64,000 nucleotides of DNA from a virus. The translations under genes and the position numbers were made by a program. Below, in pieces: positions 17,154 through 27,521 of this stretch (position 1 is the first letter of the stretch; every line of letters starts with the position of its first letter). The notes beneath the pieces were generated by a model. It made no database searches. It was not told the origin of the DNA and saw only the letters and a program-made list of their open reading frames with translations. Location: positions 1-64,000 of IMG/VR virus record IMGVR_UViG_3300023198_000559, one strand, 5' to 3'.

Positions 17154-17933
17154 TTAGTCTAGTAATTCATTTTCGTCTGCGATGAAACTATCATCTGCTG
17201 CTTGAGGCTCTTTTACTGTATCTTCTGTGTTTTCTTCTGTAATCTCATCTTCACCAAGCTTAGATAGAAATTCAGCTGCACTGTCTTCCATACTTTCTTG
17301 CTGTTCTTCTTGTTCTACTACCTCAAGAATTTCTTCAGGTTGTACTAATAAAGTTAAAGGCCACATTTCAGTGTCAGTACGTCGTTGATACGTAACATCA
17401 CCTTTATGTTCTCCTCTGTTTACTCGCTTAGGGAAGTGATAGATATTGTTCTCAGTAGTTAAACCAAAATCACTATTAATCACTAAGTCTACGAAGCGGT
17501 TATCTACGAATAGATCAGCTATACCATAAACTTCTTGTAACAAGTCAATCAACCATTTACCAGTAGTACTAGAACCTTGTGTAAGAACACTGGTCTTAGG
17601 AGCACCACCTTCAGGGTTGTAACCAACACTACCAAATAAGTCTACCTTAGGCATATCCTTATCTACGAGAGCAACCATCACTAAACGTGGGTTATCTTGT
17701 GGATAATTAGGGAAATTAGCAGTATCGATGATATCAAAACCACGACCTACTTCTTCTCCTTTAGCTACATATTCTAAACTGTGGTCCTCGACCAACTGTG
17801 ATGCAGGGAATATTCTACCATCTGAAAATAATCTCAAATGGGCTCCTTCTGCAGGTGTAGTATCTACTGATGCACTACGTACTCTTGATTCAGTCTTAGT
17901 AAGGCTGATATCGTTTAAAAAATCTAAATTCAT
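17154..17933 (-). CDS. hypothetical protein with acidic tail
   Basis: Start reassigned to MNLDFL to avoid overlap with the upstream gene. Confidence 0.7.
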   Translation of the reverse strand: MNLDFLNDISLTKTESRVRSASVDTTPAEGAHLRLFSDGRIFPASQLVEDHSLEYVAKGEEVGRGFDIIDTANFPNYPQDNPRLVMVALVDKDMPKVDLFGSVGYNPEGGAPKTSVLTQGSSTTGKWLIDLLQEVYGIADLFVDNRFVDLVINSDFGLTTENNIYHFPKRVNRGEHKGDVTYQRRTDTEMWPLTLLVQPEEILEVVEQEEQQESMEDSAAEFLSKLGEDEITEENTEDTVKEPQAADDSFIADENELLD

Positions 17934-17943
17934 ATTTATAATT

Positions 17944-18687
17944 TTAATCAATGAAAATATTATTCCAAAATGCTTTAACAGACCCATCTTCTTTCGATTC
18001 ACCAAGAAGAATACTCTTTCCTCTAAGGTGAATAGGACGAGCACCACAAACGCGCTCATCAGATGAATTAAAATTAGCATATACCTTTTTGTCATCTCGT
18101 TGTATGTATGCAATAGCATCCATTTGGCTACATATTATAGACTTCAACTTCCCGGTTAATTGGATATCCTTAGAAGGTGTTTCTTTACCTCCTTTTTCAA
18201 TCATCTTATCCTGCAAGTGAGCTACAAGTATGAGTCTATCAGTTACTTTATATAAAGCATCTGTTAACTCGAGGAACGCTTGTCTCGCATACAGCCATCC
18301 TGCGCCATTAGGTAGTGTTCTTACATCAGTCCCATCAAAGTTAGCTCCCATGGGAGTTGCTTTATACAGTTGTAATGCGCGAACAAGACTTAAATCTTCA
18401 AGTACTGTAGTAGAGTCAATCGCTATATACTTATAAGGTACGTGTCCTAGTTCTTTCTTCTTCTTTTGTAACTCTACTATCAACTGAATGAGTTGTTTAT
18501 AGCTACCTACTTTTACCTTTAATGCTTCAATATGCCTGGCACCATCCTCTAAGTCTATAATTAAACAGTCCTCGAGTAGGGATAATAAGGTAGTTTTACC
18601 TGCCTTAGGTTCTGAATACATTAAAAACTTTGCTGGGGACTTTAACTCCACAGGGGTTTTCTCTGTTGGTAATATTAAATCTGGCAT
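17944..18687 (-). CDS. AAA-family (Sak4-like) ATPase
   Basis: YSEPKAGKTT Walker A, IIDLEDG, IAIDS. Confidence 0.85.
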   Translation of the reverse strand: MPDLILPTEKTPVELKSPAKFLMYSEPKAGKTTLLSLLEDCLIIDLEDGARHIEALKVKVGSYKQLIQLIVELQKKKKELGHVPYKYIAIDSTTVLEDLSLVRALQLYKATPMGANFDGTDVRTLPNGAGWLYARQAFLELTDALYKVTDRLILVAHLQDKMIEKGGKETPSKDIQLTGKLKSIICSQMDAIAYIQRDDKKVYANFNSSDERVCGARPIHLRGKSILLGESKEDGSVKAFWNNIFID

Positions 18688-18690
18688 ATA

Positions 18691-19755
18691 TTATTGTTTA
18701 GTTAAACGGGCGTAGTCCTGGCTGGTCATTCTCTCTGGAAACTCTTCAAACATACTAGCACCTCCTATAAATCTAAGAGCTGCACGTTTATTTGTATTTC
18801 CATTTCTATTCTTAAGAATGTGCGCGGACACGAACCATGATTTTAATTGTGTTATATCATATACTGATGTACCTACATTTACTGTCTCTACTTGGTATCT
18901 TACTGGATCCCATAGACCAACAATTACATTTGCATCCTTCGTAGTACGTTTACTATCTTCAAAGTCTCTAAGCATGGGAGTTTTCTGTCCGTGCCTTTGT
19001 CTTTGAATATCGGAGTTATCTGCATTGAATTGCTGGATAATTATAGGAGTGTGTTGACATATATTTCTAAAGGTTAAGGATATCTTAGATATTCTATCAA
19101 TAGACTGCTTGTATGATTGACCTTGTTCTGTTTCAGCTAAGTTAATTGTGTCAACAATGCCTACAGTTAATAACTGTGGATTGTTTAGAGTATACTCTCC
19201 TAACCTAGAGACTGCCATCGAGCCATCATCTTTTGCAAATTTGCCAACCTTTCTATAATGAGTCAGTAAGACATCATGGTAGAAAGTAGGTGTTATCTGA
19301 TCTGCTACAACTATTAGTTTCTTTTCAAAATCTTCAAAATATTTTCTTTTACTCTCTACTAATTTCAGCTCCTCAGGTGTTAAGTAATAGCCTTTTCTAA
19401 AGCCCATTATCTTATCATATGGTATCATCCGTTTGTGATCTTTATAGATTTTCCGGATGATAGCATTAATCATATTCTCTGAGGAAGTAATCTCCATACT
19501 AAAATCTATAAATTGTACGTCTAAAACACTGTTATCATTAATCTTCTTATAATAATCGTAAACAGCATACATATGTTGGTCCCGGGCGTATTTAGTCTTA
19601 CCTACGCCAGTCTCCGCACCAATTAAATAGTACGTAGACCTTCGGGTTCCATATGTATACTCTGTAAGTTTAGGACAGTTCTCCATTGGAACACCAATAT
19701 TCTTTCCGGACATTCCCTCAGCAATGAGGTCTATCGCTCCATCAAATATTGACAT
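18691..19755 (-). CDS. DnaB-like replicative helicase
   Basis: GAETGVGKT, FSME, IIQQFN, ILKNRNG. Confidence 0.85.
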   Translation of the reverse strand: MSIFDGAIDLIAEGMSGKNIGVPMENCPKLTEYTYGTRRSTYYLIGAETGVGKTKYARDQHMYAVYDYYKKINDNSVLDVQFIDFSMEITSSENMINAIIRKIYKDHKRMIPYDKIMGFRKGYYLTPEELKLVESKRKYFEDFEKKLIVVADQITPTFYHDVLLTHYRKVGKFAKDDGSMAVSRLGEYTLNNPQLLTVGIVDTINLAETEQGQSYKQSIDRISKISLTFRNICQHTPIIIQQFNADNSDIQRQRHGQKTPMLRDFEDSKRTTKDANVIVGLWDPVRYQVETVNVGTSVYDITQLKSWFVSAHILKNRNGNTNKRAALRFIGGASMFEEFPERMTSQDYARLTKQ

Positions 19756-20159
19756 TAATCTTCCCAAATAACTGGTTTAACTTCACGGTTTTCCAGGGCT
19801 GTTTCCCATACATTGTTCTCAAAGTAGTGTTTAATGGTTACGGGGTATTCTGTTTCTTTATAATACTTCTTAGTCACTTCGACTAATTCAGCTCTACTTA
19901 CTTTAGCAAGTACTCTTAAATACATCTTACCAATCTTGTCAGTAACATATTTTACAGTATACTTACCACCTGAAGGGGATATCACTTGAAATGGAATCTC
20001 TATATCTACACAGAATTCTTTCAGTGCAGCTTTGGGAGATCCCATGTCTTCAGCGACAGCCTTAAGCTTATCAGTTAAGTAAAATACCCCACTAATACTC
20101 TTTATAAGCTTATTTTTCTCCAGGTAATCTATTATTTGTATTTTACTTAATCCTTCCAT
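19755..20159 (-). CDS. hypothetical protein
   Basis: Coupled ORF upstream of the helicase. Confidence 0.7.
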   Translation of the reverse strand: MEGLSKIQIIDYLEKNKLIKSISGVFYLTDKLKAVAEDMGSPKAALKEFCVDIEIPFQVISPSGGKYTVKYVTDKIGKMYLRVLAKVSRAELVEVTKKYYKETEYPVTIKHYFENNVWETALENREVKPVIWED

Positions 20160-20341
20160 TATAAAATTCTAAGAAATTGATTTTCAGATTTGAGCACGTA
20201 GTCATTGAAAGCATCTTGAAATTCTTGCTTTTTGTATACTACACTAAGCTCTTTAAATGTTTCATCTGATAAATCTATTACATCCTTTACTTTATTTCCA
20301 ACAGCTTTTGCTACTTCTGCATTTAATACATAATACTTCAT
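20159..20341 (-). CDS. hypothetical protein
   Basis: Coupled small ORF. Confidence 0.6.
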   Translation of the reverse strand: MKYYVLNAEVAKAVGNKVKDVIDLSDETFKELSVVYKKQEFQDAFNDYVLKSENQFLRIL

Positions 20342-20348
20342 AATTCTA

Positions 20349-20849
20349 TTAATTTATAAAAGTTAATACTGTATGCAATAAAGTAATTAAAGAAATACTA
20401 AATGCATACACTTCATACCAGTAAACAGGATTAGGCATTGTTTTTCTATATTTAACTGCAATTGCTAATCCCGCAAAAGCTAATACAAGAAGTGCCCAAG
20501 TATAAATTAAGCCTATAAATACTATTACACCTATCAGCATTACTGCTGAGGATATATAGTGTACAATTCCAGTAATTTTATCAAGGTACATGGCTGCAGC
20601 TCCAGTTAATATGGCGCCTATTCCAGAAGTATATAAAGCCCAGGAATGCTCACTACCATAATAGGCAGCAATCAATATTAAAAGGAGTCCGGATGTAAAC
20701 ATAAGTATACGAAACCAGTATCCTTTTCCTAATTCTCGTAAGGTGTAAAAACTACGTGATATAGAGTGTAAAACCCCATATTTCCACGTTACAATTCCAA
20801 CATAGCCTACAAAGAGGACTATTAACGCTACTGTCAGGTATAGTATCAT
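20349..20849 (-). CDS. multi-pass membrane protein
   Basis: About 6 hydrophobic segments. Confidence 0.75.
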   Translation of the reverse strand: MILYLTVALIVLFVGYVGIVTWKYGVLHSISRSFYTLRELGKGYWFRILMFTSGLLLILIAAYYGSEHSWALYTSGIGAILTGAAAMYLDKITGIVHYISSAVMLIGVIVFIGLIYTWALLVLAFAGLAIAVKYRKTMPNPVYWYEVYAFSISLITLLHTVLTFIN

Positions 20850-20859
20850 TTAAAAAAAT

Positions 20860-21243
20860 TTAGTCACTTGAGTCCCAATTATGGGATACCATTTCAACGG
20901 AGCCGTTCTCTAATTTCCAGAGACCTCCTCCCCAACTTGGGGCAAACATTTTATCTACTTCTCTTGCGTCACCTACCAATAATAGAGTATTTAAATCCTC
21001 TATATTAGAAGGTTGGTTTGCAAATTGAGATATAGCATAGTATCTGAGTGTGTGTAACTTCAGAGCCTTTTCGATTCTAATAGCAAATGGGAGCTTAAGT
21101 TGGAATATACTTTCACCATCTCCATCTGTTAGTTTAAAACTATAGAGGTGCTTAATAATATCCTTCAACTCGGCGTTCTCAGCCTTCAGAGCTACGTGCT
21201 CTTCTTCAGCGTCTAAATAGGTTTCATTTGGTGTTATTTCCAT
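20860..21243 (-). CDS. hypothetical protein
   Basis: ORF in operon. Confidence 0.65.
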   Translation of the reverse strand: MEITPNETYLDAEEEHVALKAENAELKDIIKHLYSFKLTDGDGESIFQLKLPFAIRIEKALKLHTLRYYAISQFANQPSNIEDLNTLLLVGDAREVDKMFAPSWGGGLWKLENGSVEMVSHNWDSSD

Positions 21244-23379
21244 TTATTTGGTCCATTTTTCTGTAATATTGGTCTCACTTGTGAGTAAACCAGAAGGAAT
21301 TACTATTTTTGCAGCGGCTTCCATGATACTTGTCATGTCTCTTTGCCATATACTGGCATAGTCTTTATGACATATAGTATCTATCTGATCATGTACTTGC
21401 ATAGATAGTTTAACAACATTAGTAAGTTTGTTATGGTTTATGTGCTTTCTTATTTTAACTAATGCTAATTTCGTCATATCTCCCGAACCACCTTGAATAG
21501 GCATGTTCTTTGATGCGCGTTCCATTATTCCTAGTTTAAATTTATAGTCACCATCCAAATGCTCTTGTACTAATGCTTTATTCTGTGGTCCTTCCTTGAA
21601 CCAGCGACGTCTAAAGTATGGAGAAGGAGTCATAATATACCCTTTAACCATTCCAAATGCACCTAATTGCGTTAATGTATGTTCTAATTTAGGAAATACT
21701 TCAAAGTAAGTCTTCACAATTGCTTCAGCTTCTTCAATAGATATCTGCATAACAGTAGCTATTTTATGAGCTGACGCACCATAAGCAAGACCAAAGTTAA
21801 TAGTCTTGATAGTAGTTCTCATGACACCATGGGCATCACACTTACATTTTTGCTTATTCTCCATATATTTACACCCGGGTTCAGCTGCATCCTTCCATTT
21901 ATCTGCAAATACTAAATCTGCACATATACTGTGAAGGTCTTCACCACGTTTCAATGCGTCTAACCATACTTTTTCTTTAGATATAGTAGCTATAACTACT
22001 AACTCTTGCGAGTTAAAGTCACTACTAACATATACCCAGTCTTTAGGTGCTATAAAACAATTACGATACCGGTTACCTACTAATTTGTAAGCTGGTATCT
22101 GTTGCATATTAGGACTGGCACTACTAACGCGTCCTGTGCTTACTATTTGATTGAAATTAGTACGTACATATCCATCACTATCCACTTTTGTTTCGATAAA
22201 CGCTTCACCAAACGATGTAGTAAGCTTTAGAACACGGATGTATTCTTTATATATATCCACAAGTGGGTGGTGTGCAGTAGTTAGCGCATCTTTAGATGTA
22301 CTCTCTAAGCCAGGTAATATAGTTCTAAATAGCTGTAATCGTTGAGCAGGTGAACCCCAATTAATTGTGAGCGTACCAGCTTCAATCAAGAAAGCATTAT
22401 CTATAAGGAATTGCCTATGGTTAATTAATAGGTCATCTTCAAGGAATTCATACTCTTGTTCTAAGTATTCCAAAAGATTCTCTATTTTATTCGCACTAGC
22501 ATACTTTTTAATGGTCACCTTGGTCACTCCTTCCATTTCTGGATATAAGTGTCCAAAGACTAGCTTGCGTTGCTTAGGGCTCCTCCAATTGATTGTAAGT
22601 TTGTCATCTGGACTATAGAAATTCAACCTGGTTACTTCAGCAACTAGGTGTTCTTTTATATAATTACTAAGCTTTATATACAAGGTATTTACAATATCCT
22701 GGGCCCATGTGTAATTAGCTCTCCATGCTTCTTGATCTAAGAGCATGCCATTGACACTAATATCACCAAAGGCTAATACTGCTTCATTTTCAAGGTCTGC
22801 AACCTTCATCAAGTTATACTTCTTAAGCTTAACACGTTGTACTGTGTTAATACTTTCGAGATATAGTACATCTTGAGCAGCATATTCTATTTGTTCATCG
22901 CTAAGATATGTTACATCAAAGGATTTCTGTAGTTCTTTACGGAGTTCTACACCTATATAGTCCTTAACCAAACGTGCAAGACCAAAGAAGCCTTTCATTT
23001 GTTCTAGACCAGTATATAGTATCTTTTCTTGTAACATGGTACATACTACGTTCTCGAGTGTGATACCAAACCACTTAAGTATAGTATACTCAAACATTGC
23101 GTTATGAATATACTTTACTTTAGTAGTATCTTCAAGCATAAATTTTATAACTCTTACTGCATCCTTAGTTAGGTAGTCCCATTGGATAACCCATTGTACT
23201 TCGCTATTGCCAAATTGAATTACCTTAAGTTTCCTTTCAGGTAGCTCATCTGTTACATTAGTCTCTATATCTAATTGATACTCTGTTTGCATGCGCTCCC
23301 AGGATATAAAATCACTAAAGTCAGCACACTCGTAGTTCGTACGGTCAGTATGACCTATAAAGTTTATGCTTTTAATCAT
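21244..23379 (-). CDS. polA: family A DNA polymerase with 3'-5' exonuclease
   Basis: LDIET, HNAMFE, YAAQD, TGRVSS..PNMQQIP, DFNSQE, KTINFGLAYG, QVHDQ. Confidence 0.95.
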   Translation of the reverse strand: MIKSINFIGHTDRTNYECADFSDFISWERMQTEYQLDIETNVTDELPERKLKVIQFGNSEVQWVIQWDYLTKDAVRVIKFMLEDTTKVKYIHNAMFEYTILKWFGITLENVVCTMLQEKILYTGLEQMKGFFGLARLVKDYIGVELRKELQKSFDVTYLSDEQIEYAAQDVLYLESINTVQRVKLKKYNLMKVADLENEAVLAFGDISVNGMLLDQEAWRANYTWAQDIVNTLYIKLSNYIKEHLVAEVTRLNFYSPDDKLTINWRSPKQRKLVFGHLYPEMEGVTKVTIKKYASANKIENLLEYLEQEYEFLEDDLLINHRQFLIDNAFLIEAGTLTINWGSPAQRLQLFRTILPGLESTSKDALTTAHHPLVDIYKEYIRVLKLTTSFGEAFIETKVDSDGYVRTNFNQIVSTGRVSSASPNMQQIPAYKLVGNRYRNCFIAPKDWVYVSSDFNSQELVVIATISKEKVWLDALKRGEDLHSICADLVFADKWKDAAEPGCKYMENKQKCKCDAHGVMRTTIKTINFGLAYGASAHKIATVMQISIEEAEAIVKTYFEVFPKLEHTLTQLGAFGMVKGYIMTPSPYFRRRWFKEGPQNKALVQEHLDGDYKFKLGIMERASKNMPIQGGSGDMTKLALVKIRKHINHNKLTNVVKLSMQVHDQIDTICHKDYASIWQRDMTSIMEAAAKIVIPSGLLTSETNITEKWTK

Positions 23380-23482
23380 TTGCTTATTTCTTTTTTCTCT
23401 GGTTCAGGTGCATCACTTTCGCATGCAATTGACATAAGAGACATAACTATCAATGCTATACCAATATATTTAATTAAGTTTT

Positions 23483-23713
23483 TCATGTTTTTAATTCTTT
23501 AACTATTCGTTCATTGGGGTGCCCCCAAGTATTAAATATAAATTCTTGTGCTTCATGTACTGAATTCCAGTATATTATATGATCGAGTTCTCCCCAACCA
23601 TCTATAGCTACATCAGGTTCTGTATAATCACTCCAGAAGATCCATAGTGCACGTAGCTGAATTTTAAAACGTATGTTATGTCCGTGTGTTACTTGTACTA
23701 TTCTAAAATTCAT
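23483..23713 (-). CDS. hypothetical protein
   Basis: ORF. Confidence 0.6.
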   Translation of the reverse strand: MNFRIVQVTHGHNIRFKIQLRALWIFWSDYTEPDVAIDGWGELDHIIYWNSVHEAQEFIFNTWGHPNERIVKELKT

Positions 23714-23979
23714 TTGATTTCGTTTTCAATATGTAACTTAACAACATTACATTTATAGTAACGTTTTCTACCGGTGACATATTTAGTATTAGGGTGTACT
23801 TCATACTCCCAGGCTATACTATCTAGTTCTTGAAAGAGTTCGTGTCTTATACTTACTCTCAATGTCTTTAATCTTTCACTACTATCATGCAGCATATATG
23901 TTTGCATTATAACTGCTAGCATGAGTACTATAACTAGCTTTAATATAAAGCCAGGGTCTTGTGATATATACTTCTTCAT
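23710..23979 (-). CDS. hypothetical protein with N-terminal TM
   Basis: Hydrophobic N-terminus. Confidence 0.6.
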   Translation of the reverse strand: MKKYISQDPGFILKLVIVLMLAVIMQTYMLHDSSERLKTLRVSIRHELFQELDSIAWEYEVHPNTKYVTGRKRYYKCNVVKLHIENEIK

Positions 23980-24030
23980 AGTTTCTAAGTTTAAATAAAT
24001 CCCCTGTCCTATACCAGGGGATTAATATTA

Positions 24031-24567
24031 TTAAAGTACTTGTTCTACTTTCACTCCTTCTTCTTCTGCGCTTTCTTCTACTGTTTCAGTAGCTGCAACT
24101 TCACCAGTTTCAATGGTTTCAGCAGCATATCCCCAGTATGTGAAGTATTTCTCGTCAGCACCAGGTGCATCAGCTTTGAATTTACCACGACCTTCAAACT
24201 CACGTCTTGTAAGTTCTGCAAATGCATCAGTGTCATCAGTATTACCAATAACTACATGCGTTGCAGATGTCGCCATACGAGTTACAACACCCTTAGGGTC
24301 TGTAATAGGATATGGAAGTAAACCACCTTGGGTTACAATGTCACCAGCGATAAACTCACCAAGTTTTGCATCATGTGCAAATTCTGGTCGATTATCAGGT
24401 AAATAAGACTTAGGGTACTTAGTTACGTTCTGAACCTTAGGCTCAATACGTAATTTCTGACCACCTTGGTTGATAAAATTTGGAGTTGACAACTTAATTT
24501 TGTTGTATACGTTGTCACGCTTGTCTAAAAGACCAGCTTCGACTGCTATTACTTCTAATGTTCTCAT
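24031..24567 (-). CDS. hypothetical protein with acidic tail
   Basis: Followed by a terminator-like hairpin at ~23997-24023. Confidence 0.75.
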   Translation of the reverse strand: MRTLEVIAVEAGLLDKRDNVYNKIKLSTPNFINQGGQKLRIEPKVQNVTKYPKSYLPDNRPEFAHDAKLGEFIAGDIVTQGGLLPYPITDPKGVVTRMATSATHVVIGNTDDTDAFAELTRREFEGRGKFKADAPGADEKYFTYWGYAAETIETGEVAATETVEESAEEEGVKVEQVL

Positions 24568-24751
24568 AATATTACTATTATTTTTGTGTTTAAATGTTTA
24601 TTTTACTATTACTGGAGTCAAGGAACCTTCCTTGCAGATATTCTCTCGTAGATATTCTATCCACTTCTCAGTCACATCTATAGGTCTGGGATTGGTAGCG
24701 TTAAATATATTTACGAGTTCATCATTTATTCTCCACTCTATTTTATAGAGC

Positions 24752-25003
24752 TTACTTAGGGTCAACATATAATGTGACCTTATCTAAATTACCTTCATAA
24801 CATCGAGGTAAAGGTTTATCAGCGACAAAGAATACTTTCCTGTCTCTTCTGAATAATATTTTACCTTCTTCAGTTAATAACTCCATGGTTAAACCATCAA
24901 GTTTGGTAGTTTTCTTTATTGGATCAATTAACTTTCTCCAAGCTTGTACTACTCTCGCTTTACCATAGCGACGATGTATTACTAATCTTCCTATACCACT
25001 CAT
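24752..25003 (-). CDS. hypothetical protein
   Basis: ORF. Confidence 0.6.
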   Translation of the reverse strand: MSGIGRLVIHRRYGKARVVQAWRKLIDPIKKTTKLDGLTMELLTEEGKILFRRDRKVFFVADKPLPRCYEGNLDKVTLYVDPK

Positions 25004-25266
25004 ATAACTCTGATATACAGTATTTGATTCTTTAAATCTGAATCAGGACGCTCTCCCCTAGCAACTGCAGCTAAGGCATCTTGATTGGGCGGAATAGGGC
25101 CACAAACCTCTTGTATCATCTTACGGTCTGTTTGATTTCCTTCACGAGTACGTAAGCATTTACTATAAATAGCTTTTACTTTCTGTACTTCTCCTTTAAA
25201 AGCACCTACAAAAAAATTCTTCTCTTTCGGCGTATAGATGCTTTTCTTGTTTACTTTACCTATCAT
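25000..25266 (-). CDS. hypothetical protein
   Basis: Start MIGKV with ATGA overlap. Confidence 0.6.
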   Translation of the reverse strand: MIGKVNKKSIYTPKEKNFFVGAFKGEVQKVKAIYSKCLRTREGNQTDRKMIQEVCGPIPPNQDALAAVARGERPDSDLKNQILYIRVI

Positions 25267-25412
25267 TGTTTCCAAATATAAACAGATGCTGGTAGGGTTA
25301 AACCTACAAATAATCCAAAACCTAACAACATAGTTGGTCCTGGTGCTTGTACGTATGAGATAAGACACAAGGCATAAAATATTATTAAACACACTTTAGC
25401 TGCTAATTTCAT
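25263..25412 (-). CDS. small membrane protein
   Basis: MKLAAKVCLII..., two hydrophobic segments. Confidence 0.5.
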   Translation of the reverse strand: MKLAAKVCLIIFYALCLISYVQAPGPTMLLGFGLFVGLTLPASVYIWKQ

Positions 25413-25609
25413 AGTATTTGGGTTAAGGTAAATATAAAGGCTAAAACTGTAGCGATTGGCCACCAAAGTGGCATTGTAGGTTGAATTATACGATCTAATA
25501 AGGGTAACTTATTCATATCAATATATAATTTACTCTGTAAAATGCTAGTATTAATAATGAAATAGCAATGACCAGCATAAGCACGGCTATCCATATAAGG
25601 GTATTAAAC

Positions 25610-25774
25610 TTATAATTCTTTATTTTGAAGGTTTTCGTAATATTTTTCATATCTCTTTTCAAATTCTAGTTCTGAATCAAAATCCATTTCACGGTCTGCA
25701 CCGGATTCAGCTAACTCAATGTTAATTTCATCCTCATACATACCATACCAGTCTTCAAATGATAATATCCTCAT
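25610..25774 (-). CDS. small acidic protein (54 aa; not in ORF track)
   Basis: MRILSFEDWYGMYEDEINIELAESGADREMDFDSELEFEKRYEKYYENLQNKEL*. Confidence 0.65.
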   Translation of the reverse strand: MRILSFEDWYGMYEDEINIELAESGADREMDFDSELEFEKRYEKYYENLQNKEL

Positions 25775-25906
25775 ACTTGTCGGTTTAGTAATAATAATAA
25801 ACTACGGCTTACCCCTTGTGTAAATGGTTCAAACCAATTACCTTTGAGGCAAGTCGTAGACTTAAAAAACAAGGAGCTATCTTTCGCTTTATACTAGTCG
25901 CTCAGC

Positions 25907-26173
25907 TTAGTATCTTCTATGCATAATTACCTTTACTTTAACCTTGTTCTCAGGTATAAAAGGTATTGCATCCGGGTTTAATCTATAACGGTTCTTCGGT
26001 GCACTCTGTGCAATCTCTTTATCCGTTAACTTCTTTCTCCTACTAAATTTCTTCTTAAACTCTAATGCACGCTTTGTGAAATAGAGTTCAACAAATAGTT
26101 TAGTGGGTGCTGTCATCACAATCTGCTTTCTTAAAAGAGGCTTGCGTGATTTTCTTAGTTTACTCTTAGGCAT
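25907..26173 (-). CDS. basic hypothetical protein
   Basis: Start MPKSKLRK; K/R-rich. Confidence 0.6.
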   Translation of the reverse strand: MPKSKLRKSRKPLLRKQIVMTAPTKLFVELYFTKRALEFKKKFSRRKKLTDKEIAQSAPKNRYRLNPDAIPFIPENKVKVKVIMHRRY

Positions 26174-26711
26174 TATGATTAATTTTATGTAAAACAAATG
26201 TACACATGGGTGTCCCTTTTTCTCCTTTATATTCAATTCTATCAGCTATAACATAACCATGAGTATTAAATATACGTACATAATATGCACCTCTACCCAA
26301 TTCTTTAAGTAGATGTAGAGAATAATGGTCTCTCCTCATTACTAGAGTAATACCTATGACCTGAGCCCTGGTGTTTACTAATGTAGTAATGATATCAGCA
26401 GATAATGCTGAACAAAAATCTAAGTATGCAAAATTTACATACTTGCGATAACCTCTGAAATAGTCAACAGTGGAACCATAAAAGTTATTGAGGCCTTTGA
26501 TGTCTTTACAGATCTTCTTCTGTTCATCATAAACACTCTTGATACACTCTATGGTCTTAACATTCCAATCTTTCTTTAATAAAGCATATTCTAATTCAAA
26601 GTTTAAGCAGGGTAATGTTACTGCTTTACCTGGAATTTTAGGAATATGTTTTAATAACATACTTCTCACTCGGCCCTTGGCTTCATGATTAGAATATTTA
26701 GGGTCATACAT
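26166..26711 (-). CDS. putative SAM-dependent methyltransferase-like protein
   Basis: VTLP, TIE, FAYLDFCS Rossmann-like pattern. Confidence 0.5.
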   Translation of the reverse strand: MYDPKYSNHEAKGRVRSMLLKHIPKIPGKAVTLPCLNFELEYALLKKDWNVKTIECIKSVYDEQKKICKDIKGLNNFYGSTVDYFRGYRKYVNFAYLDFCSALSADIITTLVNTRAQVIGITLVMRRDHYSLHLLKELGRGAYYVRIFNTHGYVIADRIEYKGEKGTPMCTFVLHKINHNA

Positions 26712-26970
26712 TGTTTTCAGGGGGCTTCTTATAAGGAATACGATTACTTCTTCGAGCAATAGCAGCTGCATTTATGGCTGCATATTCTTTCTGAATCTCT
26801 ACATTAGCAAGAGCTAATTCTTTAACCCAGTCCGTCTTAGGATGTGAGTTTAAGTGTATTAATTCCCCGGATTCATCAATTACTTGAACACCACCAATCG
26901 GATGGTTTTCAAATGTACTGTCTGCCCACGCTTGTAGTTTACAAACTTTGGCTCTTTTTCTCCAATTCAT
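26704..26970 (-). CDS. hypothetical protein
   Basis: ORF. Confidence 0.6.
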   Translation of the reverse strand: MNWRKRAKVCKLQAWADSTFENHPIGGVQVIDESGELIHLNSHPKTDWVKELALANVEIQKEYAAINAAAIARRSNRIPYKKPPENNV

Positions 26971-27125
26971 TGGATATAATTTAAGTGAAACATTTATTTA
27001 GTAAAAGAATCAGATAGAGGCTATTGGGGCCTACTTCCGGAGCCAATATTCACTGTTTTATCTCTCAGTTCCCAATCTTATGGCATTCCATCAACAGAGG
27101 CTTTTGCGCGTGTCTGATTCTTTAG

Positions 27126-27514
27126 TGGAGATGCAGGGAGTCGAACCCTGGTCCACAATGTATTAAATACACATGATATACAAGTTTGTAGGGCCAGCTC
27201 AACTGCTGACGGTCCACCACTTAGTCTTTTTATGAACTAAGAAACACTCTCTAGTTGTTATCGTATATAAATATACAGTGAGATGCAGAGTATTCTCGTA
27301 CACGCTATTCTGTTTCTAGGTTAACGTAGAACCCAAGCACTCATGAAACCTAATTACTATTAAGCTGCAATACGCATCTCATACTGAGCTACAGGTGCAA
27401 TAGAAATAACTTTCGTTTCTCCATTTATTAAAGTGATACGTTTTTAATGTGTCTCATATCATCACATACTTGCATGTAGTACTGAATATCATCATGTCAA
27501 ATCCAGTCATCCCC
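27126..27514 (-). ncRNA. ssrA: tmRNA
   Basis: 5' GGGGATGACTGGATTTGAC; 3' GACCAGGGTTCGACTCCCTGCATCTCCA (G3:U70); tag frame ATAAAT-GGA...GCA GCT TAA TAG. Confidence 0.93.
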
Positions 27515-27521
27515 AAAAGGT

